Source: Glycera tridactyla
Taxonomy: Eukaryota
NCBI GenBank assembly: GCA_965644265.1
Contig: OZ286463.1
Coordinates: 95,108,001-95,172,000, forward strand
Reading direction: 5' to 3'
Length of the DNA: 64,000 nucleotides
In this document: positions 11,437-25,238 of the stretch, in pieces
Position numbering within the stretch: the first letter of the stretch is position 1
Layout: the number at the start of each line of letters is the position of its first letter
Position numbers and translations under genes: made by a program
Notes under the pieces: generated by a model
Seen by the model: the letters and a program-made list of their open reading frames with translations, nothing else
Databases searched by the model: none
What the model was told of the DNA's origin: nothing

Positions 11437-14400
11437 TATATCAAAAGGAAAGTAATATTGTGTTAAGCATCAACCTAGCACACTCAGCGGTTTATTCATA
11501 AATGAACTTAGGAGCACATGGTTGACCACCCAGGGCTTAGCATTTGGTCCTTTTGCAACTGGTACTTCACCAAGTCAACATCAACAATAAGTTATTTGGT
11601 GGGGTCAGTGTGCCCAACTGGCTGTGAACACAAGATGGGGTGGAGATAGTCACCCTGTGTAATAGCTGGGGTTCAAGTGTAAGTCAGGCTCAATTACCCC
11701 TTCATTCTACCCCCTCCTGACACCTGCCCCCTCCTCAACAAGGTGTGTATCCCCTGTTGTTACCTTCTGTTGAAACTGAAAGCCTCCATCTGAGCAGAAA
11801 GTGATGGTGGTAGAGGAGTGTCAGGAAGATGCAGGAAGAGGGTGGCTACTGATGGTTACACTGATGCGACCACAAATGATGATGAGTAGGTAAAGATGCA
11901 CAGAGTCGATGAAGCGTGACCTGCATTTAGTTAAGTGTGACGGACATCTGTCTTTGGTGAGAAAACATAGTGTATAGACTGGACACTAAGTATATGTACT
12001 GTACATGTACAATGAGTAGGTGCATCCTGCTGGGTTCTGCTTGTTTGTACGCCTCATTTACAATAAGTCCTACCATGCAAAATGATCCCGCTGACACTAG
12101 GTGGAGCCACAGCTTGTCACGCGCAGCGCACACTTAAGCAAACTTCTTGAACAACTCATGCATGACCAACCGCAAAATATAAAGGGCGTTTTCAACAAAA
12201 AATTCACAATATGGCTTGCAGATATAATTATGGATACCGAAAAAAATTATAATAAAATTTAAATTGCTGGTTCAGTAACTGTAGTGTTATGACACAAAAG
12301 AGTTTTCTTCACTTAATTCAGGACCAATCATCTTCATGAGTGTAGCACAAAAGCTGGAGTTTTATAGAGGGTAATCTTTGACAATATCTATTGTAATAAT
12401 GAGAGGATAATGCTACCAAATACAGTCATAATGATCTCTCCGCCAAAAAAATTATGATCGCTCAATACAACTTTTCAGCATGACTATAATTACCTGTCCA
12501 ACATCGCCATGTCATGACATTAATGACGTATTAGCATTAATGAATTTTTAAAATTAGGTGCCTTAAATAATGTCTTTGATAATGATCTATAACTCAAGCT
12601 TATCAAACTGGATATTACATTGATGATGAAGAGCTATATGTTCATGTGTACATGTACTCAGACCTCCCTGAGATCACATTGTATTGTGGACTCCTAAACT
12701 AAACCAAAATACCAATTAGTTGTGGGAAATCAAAGGCGCCATTACATAATATTCTTGCATTTTGCTAATTTTTGATAGCTTGTGGCTTGCAAAGTTTTGA
12801 GGTCAATAATTAGGCTTGCTTTCTTATGTATCAACATGCTCAAACCCAATATTTGTGTGATATGCGTTAACTATGCATGAATTCCTGATCTTGCAGTTGG
12901 TTAATAATTGGGTATATTGAGACAGATATAGGAGGATTGTGAGTGACACCTCAATAATGAACTTGTATGCCTGACTGGTTCCCCCTGATGGGTGCCCGTC
13001 TGATGACTAGGATGAGTGGCATCATCAAAACTAGCGGTCATAAACTGCTCGCATTATCACTCACTGGGGCCATCATCGGGGCATAAAACATGGCCCCTCT
13101 GCTGTGTGGCAATATGACCGATACAATAGCCAAACTGGGGTGACCACCATTCACCCACCAGAACCTAATTGTAGAATCAATTTCAAAGCCTGTGATGAAA
13201 AGCAGTAACATGGAACTGCTTCTATTTCATATTATTCATATTCATAATTTCATATTGATTTATATGAGGTAGTGATACAATGGAGCTGTTGAAAGTGAGA
13301 GGCCGGGTGCCCTATATATCTATATATCCGGTACTGTGATGGTTTATGCATGATGTGAAGCCGTTCTGATTGCACCATGTGCACATGTATGCCGCTATCA
13401 GTATTACGGTCATTGGGACCCCATCGCTGCGGCCCACACCACCTATAAAACAATCTCTCAGCTCATCATGCAAACACTCAACATCATTCATGTTCCACAC
13501 TGAATTACTGCAGTCAAATTACACTCACTCAGCCCATGGTCATCACATAATCTGAAATACTGAACATGCCCAAAATATTGAGTGTTTATTACCAACAATA
13601 ATAATTGATTCTGATTTTATCAGAGGGTGTAATTTCCCGTGTTGGGTTATATTCCTGATGCAGAATATGAGAAAAATGCATAAATCTACCTTCTGGATGT
13701 ATTGCAAGTTTCCTAATATCACTATCATCTCCTTACAGTGCAATAAAAAGTTCAACTAGGAATTCATGTTTTGCAAAAAAATCTATCAGACTGTCAAGAT
13801 TATTACTTTAGGATCCAAACATAAAATGTAGCTGCAATCGAACTATGGTATGTGACTTCAGATCCCAGTTGCTATGGATTTCTGAAAGAATGATTGCAAA
13901 TGGTGGCACTTGAGTTTGGTGTGCAGTCATAGGTCAGTGAATGAGGTGTAGAACAGGAGGGAGTTTATTGACCAAATGAGATCCAAGCTCGAACTGTTCC
14001 GGGAAGTAATTTGGTGTGATTTCCCATCAGCAACTATTAATAGCACTCAGGTCAGTCACCAATTAGTGCCACTCATAAAACAATCACCCCTCCCCAAATA
14101 CCAGGAAACAAAATAAAGCAACTGTATTGACCCAGGAAATACAATCACCAAGGCAATTTCCACTGAGCTGACAGAAGCATGAACTTGTCTTTACATGCAT
14201 TTGACATTCATGTCCAGTTGCAGATAATGACTCTCCATGGAGGTTTGCTGAACAAATTAAGTGGCTCTCATGTGGATTACTATTAAGACTTGTTTCAACA
14301 TCTTTAAAACTATTTTATCTTCTACATTATCAATGTTTTTACATAATTTCTGGAAGATCCGTGGATGGAATATGATGGATTTCTGTTGACATGTGATTTG

Positions 14401-15085
14401 ACACCAGTATTTTGTGGTTGTCATTTGTGTTGCACAGTGTGCGATATGGTAATCACCAATTACCACCCCAGGTTAATGAGGATATTAATGAGTGAGGACA
14501 GGGGGTAAATGGTCCTCATCAAGTTTTTATGTACCCCTTGTTGAGCTAATATCAGTGTACCATTACTTCCGCTAGTACACCGCTGCTTGTTTTTGGATTA
14601 ACCAGGACTGTTGAATGTGTGGATTCAGTGATGCATGGCGCCACTTCACCGGACCATGAACAGGCGCCCTCTAGTGGTGGTAAAGAGGGTAACTACCGGG
14701 CAAAGTGGGAATAAGAGCTCGGGAAGTTGGTGAAATTGGCCGCGTGTCAGCCCCACCACCGGGGAGGAAGCACTCGTGTGGCCGCCCGTGAGCGGCACGC
14801 GTCTGCAAGCTGAGCCGACTTTATTACGGGGTGCCCGCAAACACAGACCCGTGAAATAAAACAAGTGTCACCGCAATGTCCAGCCAACACACAATTGACT
14901 CTATGAAATCTGCCGATACAAGTTAATTGGCCAGGAAACAGCACAATTAGTGACAATAATATTGCCAATAGGAAAACACTTCAAGTTTATACCACTGACA
15001 TTTCCAAATTATTATTCTTGACCATAACTCACACCAGGCAAACAATCATGAAACCTGAAGCCAAATTAAAGCCAAAAACATTTCT

Positions 15086-15243
15086 GGACAAACCTGTCTA
15101 CAAAGATCACCCTTGGTTGCATAAAAAGTGGCCTTTGTAGAGAGGCCATTCACTGTAGAAACTACTCTCAGGTTCACAGCTCATGGTGGTCTTTGTAAGT
15201 ATGTGGTCTTTGTGGAGAGGTGGTATTCAAGCAGGTTCAACTG
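15086..15243. mobile_element. Tc1/pogo-type MITE, diverged copy
   Basis: GACAAACCTGTCTACAAAGATCAC ... GCAGGTTCAACTG|ta, collinear with 5656-5832. Confidence 0.8.
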
Positions 15244-18200
15244 TACACCAATTTTATCATATCATATTAATATCATGAATGGATTGTAGTCAGATATGAT
15301 ATGATTTATGGAGTGAGTAATCTATAATATTCATGAAGTTTACAAATGGAGTGAGATTTTTTTGACTCGCAGGCCTTAGGTATGTGCTGCAAGAAGATCA
15401 GCCATAAAACTTCTGCCAATTTTTTTTAACAAGAACAGTAATGATATCAGTCTCGCGAGTTCAGATGTAGTCCCCAACAGCAATGTGACATGGTGACATG
15501 ATGTCGAACCTGCAGTAGCGGGTAGCAATTAGCCCTAAAGGGGTGGATAACTATGGCTGGCAGGTGGGTGGTAACCATGCGCAACTATAGGACACAAGCC
15601 CCGGAGGAGATGAACTCTGGTCCTCTCCATCGGGCCTTACAGCCGCCCGCATCCCGCAAACCGGACAAGCTGGCTTTACTCTACAGGGCACGGCTGAAGG
15701 CTGCACCCGACTCCACATGCCTAGGTCGAAGGTTAAGCAAGCCCTTCCACACCCAGGTCAGAGGGTAAAACTCCCCCTGGTCTCACTTCATTGAGCACAC
15801 TCTCCCAGAATAAAGAATATTTGACCAGCAGTGAGAAGAAAATTACACCGAGTCTAGTGGTCAACCCGTTATCTGGCAGGGGGCTGACTGACTTTTAGAT
15901 AGGGGGTGTACCTCTAAATGGCAAGAGGAAAATTAATCTGATAAATTGACTGGTCAATTGGGCAATTTGGTCAACACAATGGGTTTAAACAATGACTTGA
16001 TTTGCCTGCAACTTGACCAGACCAACATGATTTTCCCATCAACTTAAAACATCATTACAAACTTAACATGTGAAAATTCTCAGTTTTGCATTGAAGATTC
16101 CAAAAAAGAAAATTCTGAGTTTCACGTTGAGTAAACTTTCAGCAGCCCATATCAGCTAGCTAGTGTTTCACTTTGCATTTTTCAATCATATGTATTAATC
16201 TACTCCCTGTTGCTAGTGGATTCTTGAAATATGATGACAGTACAATGCCCAAAAATAAACTGATTGTACCATATATGATCTTATGGGCAGCATCCAGTGA
16301 TTCCTGGAAATGGGAGTGTGAGATTGGAGTTGCTCTTTTATGTAGCTCAGATACGAGGTAGAATTATTCAACTCTGGCAGGGGGCAGCACCTGCTATTGA
16401 AACTTTGGGCGACAATTAATCCAATTTCTCACTCATTAATTGTCATTACACGTTCCAAGTACCTGTTGCACAGCGCCACCTATCGGCTCGAGTGTGCAGC
16501 ATGTCGAGTGAGCGTTGTTTCACTCTTGGTGACGCTGTGCACACAACAGCGCGCAGCAAAAAGCCCATTCAGTAGCCAACCATTTGTTACCACCGGCTAA
16601 AATAAAAGCCACCCATTCTGACATTGTTACAACCTCTCCACACACTGTCACTGACATCTCTACACTACAACAATAGCTGTTGCGCCCTACAATTATGAAT
16701 TTATGAAAAACATCATTCATGAAAAAAGTGATATTTTTCAGACATTTCAACAAATGTCATTTTTACCACAGGAAAAGTTTATGCTTGAATTGGAGGTAAA
16801 CCATAAATCATAAGAAAAACAAGTCTGTCAGTGTGTGTCAAGGATATTTTTTCAGAGTTTGTGTACATTGGCGCTCATGTTTTCTGTGATATGTGAGCCT
16901 GCATTTCTTCACATAGCGTGCAACACTTGTTTTATACCGCTGAAGCATGAGAAGTGTTCCGCTACCAGGTGACAATAATACCATAGCATGATGTGCACCC
17001 CAAGTGTCTAACTTTTTTTTCACCCCATCTCCACCCCTCAAACACCCTCTGTATCGGGATACCAGCCATTGTACTGTAACTGAGTCAAATTTCAATGGTG
17101 GATTCTGAAGCTGGCAGAAAAAAATTACAATATAGCCAGCCATGCATAACATCATTGTGGATTGAATTCTGTCAAAATGCATGATTCATCCTTGACTCTT
17201 GTGATACTGCAATTTTCTCACTCCAGAGACTCCAATAATGCTCAAAGATTTTGTACGTCAAAATGCTTTCATGGAAAATCAGATCAGTTGAAGCAGTTAC
17301 AGATCATTCTTTCCAACAGCGATAAGACAGATACATGAGAGTGAAGGTTCAGAATTCCATGGATGACAAAGACAATCAATCTGTGATTAACATATAGGTA
17401 TTCAGAATTTATGGGAATTTCTATCTGATCAAACTAGTGCAGGTCAAAAATATTTTTGGATCATCTATCTCACAATGAAAGCGAATAGCTGGAGGATGAA
17501 TATGAGTATATGAAGAGGATTGACATGCATTTAAATTTCATGAAGCTTGATTTAATATATTTTGGACTGCTGAGGTGGTTGAGATGATTGTTCCACCTTC
17601 CATAATGATGGGTCCATGCTGTTATAGCATCACTGAAAGTGAGGATGGAATAAACAAATGAATCAACATCAACTTAAATCTTTTGAGTGAAGAGCTTGGC
17701 TTTTGAAACCTGATATAATCCCTCAGAAAAGCAAGAAACAGTACTTGGTGGATCTTCAAGTTAATTTGGGCATGTAACTCATATTTACAATAATAAAAAT
17801 TACAATAATAAAAAAATCTAGAAGAATGTTTGAGCTTCCTGAAGCCTATCATGAGTATGGCTGATTAGCGCCATCTCTGGGAGAGGCAGTGAACAATGCT
17901 GATTACGAAGGCCACAGATTGACACGTATCCTGGGCAAGCTGCCAGCACGCAAGCCAGGGGCACTAATACCTGACATTCAAAGTTTTGTTCAGCCATTAA
18001 AATATGTTTCCGAGACATGGAATGCTCCATTAACCTATTGATACGCTTTCTATGCTGCCAATGAATTGGGCACGCTCCGACACACTTGGCTCATCCCACT
18101 ATGGGGCGAACTCAACAAGGGGCAACAGCTACTCAGGGACGAGACACCTGGACAACGGCCAAAAAACTGACCATGGGATTGAATAGTTGGCAGACCGGAC

Positions 18201-19957
18201 AATTGCTGACCAATGGGACAGTGATCAGACCACTTAAAATGACCATCAATGCCACTAGAGAGATTCAACAATACGGCACGGAGCCTCATTTGCAGCCAGC
18301 ATGTTTGGCGCCACACTGTTCACGATATTAATCGATCAGCAACTCTTACATGCCCCATGGCTATAATTAAAATCTCCACCTCATTGAAACCCCAGGCATT
18401 TCTATACCACCATGGGTTGCTTTCAATTCGGGCTGACACTTGCATTATTGTTCTCTCTGACACGTGACACATTCAATTTTTTTGGATCTCAGTAGAAGAA
18501 AATTCAAATCCCCCCCCCATAGGATCCTTCAAGGAAATGTATTACAAAATGTGTGAATGATGGAAATATTACAATTAATGATAGTTTCATCCACACCATG
18601 ATTTAATGAAATGCCAGTGAGCTATCTACTTTATCAATAGAATGCATATTCAGCACATTTCTGTGGATTTTATTTATAGAAGACATTTTGGTTTTCTTAG
18701 GCCTCCTCTTTCATCATTTTACAGTTCTGATCAAGCTCTGACTGTAAGGATACATCAACAGCCGAGAGGAAATTGAATCAAATGCTGTGATTAGAATCTT
18801 TCAATGTTCATCCTTATTTTGGGCCACTTTGCATTCCAAACACAGAATGTACCTAAATAATTCAGCCTATGCATTGTTTCTGCTAAAGAATGAGCTGATA
18901 CAACAACCTGAATCCTGAGTCATGTTAGATTACAGTATTTGAATTCCTTGTATCAGCAGCAGCTGAAATTGCACAAGATGAAAGCTTATCAAGCAGAATT
19001 AAAAACTTGTTTTTGGGTTCATAATTTCAATGATATTGAAGATGTCATGATCCAAAATCAAATCCTATTGCTAAGATTCTCATTCAATTCTGACTCTTAC
19101 AGCTGAATAAGCCATGATGGGATGATGATAGTAAGATGCTAGTTTCAGTTGATGATTGTGGATGAGGTGCAGCAGTGAGCAGAGTGGAAGGTAATTAAGG
19201 GAGGTAGGTCTGGTAGTCATCTCTGTCATCATTACATGGTCAATGACCAATAATTGGTGTTCAATACCCTACCATAACTGCCCCATCATCCCTGACCCTT
19301 GACCCAGGACTGACCAATTAGCCAACAGTGGCCCTCTGCTGACCCATGTCACTATGTCCAGTGTCAATCTGTTCATTTTAGAAAGACGTCATTCTACAAT
19401 AAGAATCTCCTTTCAATCACACAAGATATCATTGAGCCAATCTCAAAATGGAAAAAACCTAAAAATCTGTTATTCTGGGGCTCACCACCCAAAACTATTG
19501 GAAGTTAGCCCTTGCTTGTTTGTCTCTGCAATGAAATGACATTATCATCATGAGTGATGCCAATACTTGAGACGAAATATTCGGGGAAAAAAAATGTCAA
19601 ATTTTCCTAGACTACAATTCTACATTCTCGAAAATATCTCTTCTGAAACTTTGTTATGACAAATAAAGTAAGGACACATGACTCCAAAACACTATACTAA
19701 GTTAGTAGCTATTTACTACCTTATGGCATGCTGGTTTAGTGAAAGAAAGAGTAGGAAGTCAAAGAAATCACTAGAATAAGTTTTCCGGTAAGAGAACCAA
19801 AGTTTAGGGATGGATGCGAAAATCAGTGAATCATGACATCATTTCATTGTTTGTCAGAAACAATTAATAAAAACAATAAAAAAATTCTGATGGTTTAAGC
19901 TGAATAAGAAAGACATCACTACTTTGATGAATAATAAGAGAGCGACGCTTCAGTGAG

Positions 19958-19987
19958 GCGTGACGTTGCCTGATGACGCGTCATTAG
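19958..19987. promoter_or_regulatory. CRE/ATF-like motif cluster at the edge of a CpG-rich patch
   Basis: TGACGT followed by the perfect 12-bp palindrome ATGACGCGTCAT (19973-19984). Function not demonstrated. Confidence 0.35.
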
Positions 19988-20003
19988 ATACGCATAACTT
20001 TAC

Positions 20004-20094
20004 CTGTCAGGTGTGTCGGTGATGGCAGCCATGCGAGACCGCCGCCGCTGCCGAAGCATCTCCAGTTTGTGCACACTCATAACCACAGAGTCCG
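20004..20094 (-). CDS. Candidate exon of an unidentified gene
   Basis: Acceptor ttcttcttcgtgttgctgcgcag, donor CAG|gtaaag. Only one open frame: DSVVMSVHKLEMLRQRRRSRMAAITDTPD. No homology recognised. Confidence 0.3.
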
Positions 20095-21552
20095 CTGCGC
20101 AGCAACACGAAGAAGAAATGATAAGCATCAACATTGCGCCAGTTCTGCTCAAAATGCACCAAGTGTAACTTATCCAAACTCCCCCAAACAGTTTCCGCCG
20201 AACACAAGATGGGTGATAATAGGTGATGTTCTGGTTACAGTCGTAAGTAATCATCGATCACCGAACTTCCACCGAGTCACAAGTAACTATCACAGTCAGG
20301 CAATAAAGTTTCAACAACTGCAATCAATATCTACCGAGAGATCCAGAGTTGAATAAGTCCCAAGTTCTGTCATGTGCAAGTAGAATAAAGTTAAGATCCA
20401 GGCTGAGACAAGTCCACTCGAATGAATCCTCTATAGTGCAGTTTCCTGTACGCGACGAGGGTTTGGATTGATCCTAAAGTCCCGCACAACAAAGATGAAC
20501 GTGATGATGAAGAGAACCGAGAGAAGATTATTGTTGTGAGGTGTGGTAGTAGTAGTAATAGTGATGACCATAATAACCATGTCCATCAGTATGAAGTACC
20601 GCCATCCAGCACCAAGCGAGAACTGATCCCTACGATCCGTGAATCCGTGACTACAACAACACGCCAGCTATGCGTCTCCCATCTGCACGTGGTGCAAGCA
20701 CAGTTTGTTGTGGTCGCAGCAGAGAGGGAGGTTGTTTATAAATAATGCTACCGGCACCGGGTGCTGCTGCTCCGTGAAGCGAGGAGAGCGTCTATTGACA
20801 TTGGTACCTATCACATCCACTAGAGGGTGTTGATGGTTGCAGACCACTGGTAGGACCGTTGTTGGCGGTGGGTGTGGGATGGGAGAGGATGCTGCCCAGA
20901 AGTGACTCCCGAGTGACTGGCAGGTGATCCTCACAGGCGTAAGCGTGCCAGCCTGCCGACTGCTTCCTGGAGCGTCAATGTCGGCACCTCCACTACCCCG
21001 GGAATCCCACTCTGACACACATGGCTGCCTCCGGTGGGACGGACGGGATCAACTCTTCCCAGAAGTCACCCAGGTACACCATTATGAGTATATGTACTCA
21101 CTGACTCCCCACCTACAGGATTACGACCACCTGCACCAACCTTCACCCAGTTAATCCCATTTCCTCCCGGGAGATCATAATCCTATGTCAATTAACTCCT
21201 AATCTGATCCATACATCCCTCATACAGGAACTGAGCGGTGTACAATTATCCATGCTTATATCCTGTCAGGGGCTATTAAGAGCCAGCATCAGTCATGGCC
21301 TGAATGAGGACTGATATATACCTTCATTTCACATCAGTGAGATAATGACCCATGCACTGGGATGAATATCACATAGGTTTGAAATATACAATGGGTGCGA
21401 CTGTGGGAGGTCCTTTAACTCATGTTTCAGGCTCACCTCAAGTGAGATAAAGATTTTATTCTAAAAACATCGTTTTTTCATGCGTAATTCAGATAGTTGG
21501 GATGAAATATCAGCACACATAACACACACCATCTGCTCCCATTACAAGAGTA

Positions 21553-21660
21553 CAGTGAAACCTGCAAACAGAGACCGCCCTAAATGTCACCAAAAAGTGG
21601 TCTCTCAAAAGAGGTGGTCTCTCGTTGGAGGTTCATTACAATATGTCAAATGAAAAAGCT
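21553..21660. mobile_element. Tc1/pogo-type MITE, GAGACC subfamily, truncated
   Basis: ta|CAGTGAAACCTGCAAACAGAGACCGCCCTAAATGTCACC..., right end not seen. Confidence 0.75.
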
Positions 21661-21829
21661 CTTGCTGGATCGGGGAGCATGCTTCCCCCCCCCCCCCCAT
21701 TGATTTGATTGGGCAATACTGGCTGACTGCCCAGTGGCCAATCATGAGTGAAGCCAGGTCAAGGTGAACTATGGCCCTACCTAAAGTTGTCATCCAGGCA
21801 ACAGCTGCCCACCAAAAAGAGAACATATA

Positions 21830-21895
21830 CAGTCAAACCTTCTCTATAGACCACCCCTCTATAAAGACCACCTCTCTATAAAGCCACCTGGAGCT
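21830..21895. mobile_element. Tc1/pogo-type MITE fragment
   Basis: ta|CAGTCAAACCT followed by three GACCAC-type repeats. Confidence 0.7.
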
Positions 21896-22554
21896 AGGAC
21901 TTACTAGGACTATTATAGGACTTTCACCATAAAATTTTCCTTCAGGAGGAGAGGAGGAAGGAAGTCTGAAATAATAGAATAAACAATGGTCCTCCATAGA
22001 GTAGAACCAGCAGGGACTATTCTTGAAGACCAGGGTCTATTGAAGGGGTTTCACTGAATCTTGTGCCAATCTATATGTGATGTACCCAATACAGTGAGGT
22101 AGATATTGTAACGCAATATGTATTTTCACATTTGAGGTCCTCCTCAACAGGGACCAGGGCAGGCATACTCTCCCACCAACCTGTTAAGAGCTTCTCTAGT
22201 CCAATGTACCCCTCCAATTCCGAGGCCATGAGACAATCAAACAAATCCTCACATTAGTTCCCACTGATAGAAGAAACCAAGTGGACTCTGGAAGCCTTAA
22301 AACAAGTACACTGTAAAATCTGTTTGTCAGCTTTACTCATTGCTCTCTAGTTGACTCAACTAGTTGTTTATTTTCAAGTTATGATTACTTGTTGGCTCAG
22401 AGTACAGAAGACAAATTGGGTTCTGCAAGTAGTGTCAACTTATATGGGATGAGTTGATCGGGTGACCAGCTGATAGGGTCACATCAAACCTGTCCTAAGC
22501 AGCCTCCAATCAAGATGGAATAGATTGGTTTTCAGGTGACCAACTGATGGCCTC

Positions 22555-22691
22555 CAGTCATATCTGTCCTAAGTAGCCAATTAAACTGAAATAGATTGGT
22601 TTCAAACAACTTTTATCAAAATACAGTTCTTATAATACAGGTATCAGGTTTCCGTACAGTAAATGTTGGCTGCTCAAGACAGATTTGACTG
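22555..22691. mobile_element. Tc1/pogo-type MITE, separate AGCAGCC subfamily
   Basis: CAGTCATATCTGTCCTAAGTAGCCAA versus the reverse complement of the right end, CAGTCAAATCTGTCTTGAGCAGCCAA. The left part is tandemly duplicated (~75 bp) just upstream. Confidence 0.65.
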
Positions 22692-24119
22692 TATTCTATT
22701 ATCACTTGTTGTTCAGTACATCTGTAGAAAACTTGAATGATGAATGGATGAAGTATATTGAGTCAAGAGGAGGGGTGCAACTTTCAATGTACAAAAACAT
22801 ACAGGCAGGAAGTCTGCTATTAGCTATACTAGCACTCTAGCATATCACCCTCCCCCAGCTGCCAACTGTGAAGTAGCAGCGAAGGAGTAACCAGGCTGCC
22901 TTGCCACACACGACTGGTCATCCAACTGGGCATGTTTTCCCGCCACTATCATCTCCCAGCATGGCACATTTGAGACCTCCATCTCAACCACTCTTCAATC
23001 CTTAATATCACACATTCTAGGCTGCCATCCATGATCCATTGGTGAGTATGATGAAAGGGCTCACTGTCATGATCTCAGTGATATTTGTATGATGGATACC
23101 AGTTCATTAGAATAGGTGAAATTTTGGAGTTTATTCATTGATGTCATATTGACCTGAGTTCATGTAGGTCAATAGTCAGGATGTTTATGTGGGGGGGGGG
23201 GGGGGGGTATTGAGGAGCAGGCCTGTACTGCACTAAGATTCCAGCTTGATGACATCAATGAATGAACTCCAACATTTCACCTATTCCGATAAACTAGTAT
23301 CCATCATACAAACATTACTGATATCACAACATCAAACTCTTTCATCATTCCTACCAATGGATGGTGGTACTTTAGTACATATACTGGAAATAAACTAGAT
23401 AGGAGAACCTGATGGCTTCAAGTCAGAGTAGATGGTAGGAACAAGTCAGAACAACTTGCAGACTCTGAGTCAACTTGCTGACTGGGGACAAGTCATGACA
23501 ACTTACATGCTCTAAGTTTGTGTATCTATTGACAACAAGTTGATACAACTTGCAAGTTCTAAGTAGTGTCAATCATTGTGAGCTAGTGACATATACAAGA
23601 TGACTCAAGTCAAAGCAATGCCACTACTTTTGCAATGCAAGTTTGATGTACTTATCCTTTGGTAGTCATAGCTACTCATTGGCAATAGGGCAGCACTGCT
23701 GCATCATTACCAATAAGTTATCACAACTCAACATTTTTTACAGTGTACCATGATTCTCATCTTTACAAAAGGTTGATGATTTATCCACTCCAGTCACTGG
23801 GAGATTCCATACTCCAACCACCTTTCTTTGGCTTGCAGGCAAAGGTTTCCAAACCAGGTTACATACATGGGTCTTTAGGCTCATTGTTACATTGTTCTCA
23901 TGTGCCATTTTCCATATTCTATATCCCAAATCATGAAATCTTATCAAATTATCAGCCATTTGGGCACATACATGGCTTCATCTGATCCCTTTTTCATCTT
24001 CATGTGCCTTTTAGCACAGGGCAAGGAGTCAAGATATTCCTGTGCAGGTGCCAGATGCATTGAATACAATGATGGCCAGAGCAATTATTACATAATTGAT
24101 GATATGCTTTCGTTTCTGG

Positions 24120-24390
24120 CATTTTCTGCATCTCGCCTTCCTGATCCTTCGCGCTATTCAACGACGAAGTAGCGAAGCACCCGCGATCTTTAAGCACCAT
24201 TATTCGTGGCGTGCCATTAACGTGTCACAATTGCACAATCAAACTGCGACTCTCCAAACGTGACTGCAATACCCGCTTACCGCACAAGGAAAGCTCTCAA
24301 TTAAATACCCCAGCTTAAGAGCTCAACTTGAAAACACTACCCGACATCATGCAAGGACAAAACCGCCTGACTTCCTGCCCTCTCTGCAGG
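24120..24390. promoter_or_regulatory. CpG-rich candidate (possibly bidirectional) promoter with a minus-strand non-coding first exon
   Basis: Local CpG enrichment, ETS-like ACTTCCTG at 24370-24377, and a minus-strand donor GCG|gtaagc at 24281/24280. Confidence 0.35.
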
Positions 24391-25091
24391 AATATTTATG
24401 AAAATACTAACCAGAAAGTTTCGAGTTAGTGTCCATAATACTTAAGTGAGATTTATTTGAACATTAAACATGAACATTTTTTCTGATTTATGATTTCTTG
24501 TGCACGACAATCTATTGTAGCCGTGATTACAAAATGATTGTGTTAAAGTTTTACCCATTTTTCGACATAACTCTGTAAATCCAATCTGATCTATTACGGC
24601 TTTTAATCGCATGACTACACATTTAATGGACCCTGGAATGTGAAAGGATTTAATCAGGTTTGCAGTTTTCACTAGCAGCAGCTTGGGAGTAAATGATTAA
24701 AACAACTGAATGTGGAGTGCGGGATGTGGGGGAGATGTCACTGTTTGAAGTTTGCTACTCAACTAGGAAACATTGTGATGATCACCTGTCAGTTCTGCGC
24801 CATGGACCGCAAACACCATCAAGTACTTGTCAAATCCGACTACAGCAGTAAGCCGATCACAAAAAGTCGTCATACATATATCAACAACCATTGAAAAAAC
24901 ATTTCCAAGTAGGAGCATACAAAGCTCACTCTGAATTGGGTGATTGTTTCAATTAGATTGCAGCTTTTTACCAAATTGCTTTCTGTTTTTCTATGATTCT
25001 AAGACCTGAAAAAGGGACAGAAACAGAAGCATAATTACATTCAGACTTGTCCCGAGCATGATATGTACTGAGCGAGAACTTGCCTGACACA

Positions 25092-25189
25092 ATGGCCATC
25101 AGTGCATCCCACAATAGAATTTTCATCAACAATTTACCTTACTTTGTTCCAACTGGCATTTTATCTCTTTTGTTGGTTCCATGCGCAAG
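25092..25189 (+). CDS. Candidate small membrane protein, exon 1
   Basis: acaATGg context with an upstream in-frame stop. Reads MAISASHNRIFINNLPYFVPTGILSLLLVPCA. Strong donor AAG|gtgagt, phase 2. Confidence 0.4.
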
Positions 25190-25238
25190 GTGAGTCCCAC
25201 TGCATATTGAAAAAGATGATAATTTACTTTGCTACATT

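Noticed and set aside
13250-13555. Overlapping 61-67 aa ORFs with a minus-strand acceptor near 13444
   Set aside because: Three competing frames, none recognisable, and no supporting neighbouring exons.
17830-18480. Interrupted coding-like frames, one with RHGASFAAS reminiscent of a tyrosine-recombinase box II
   Set aside because: Multiple stops, the key His is absent, and no other recombinase or RT motifs are present. Too weak to call a DIRS/Crypton relic.
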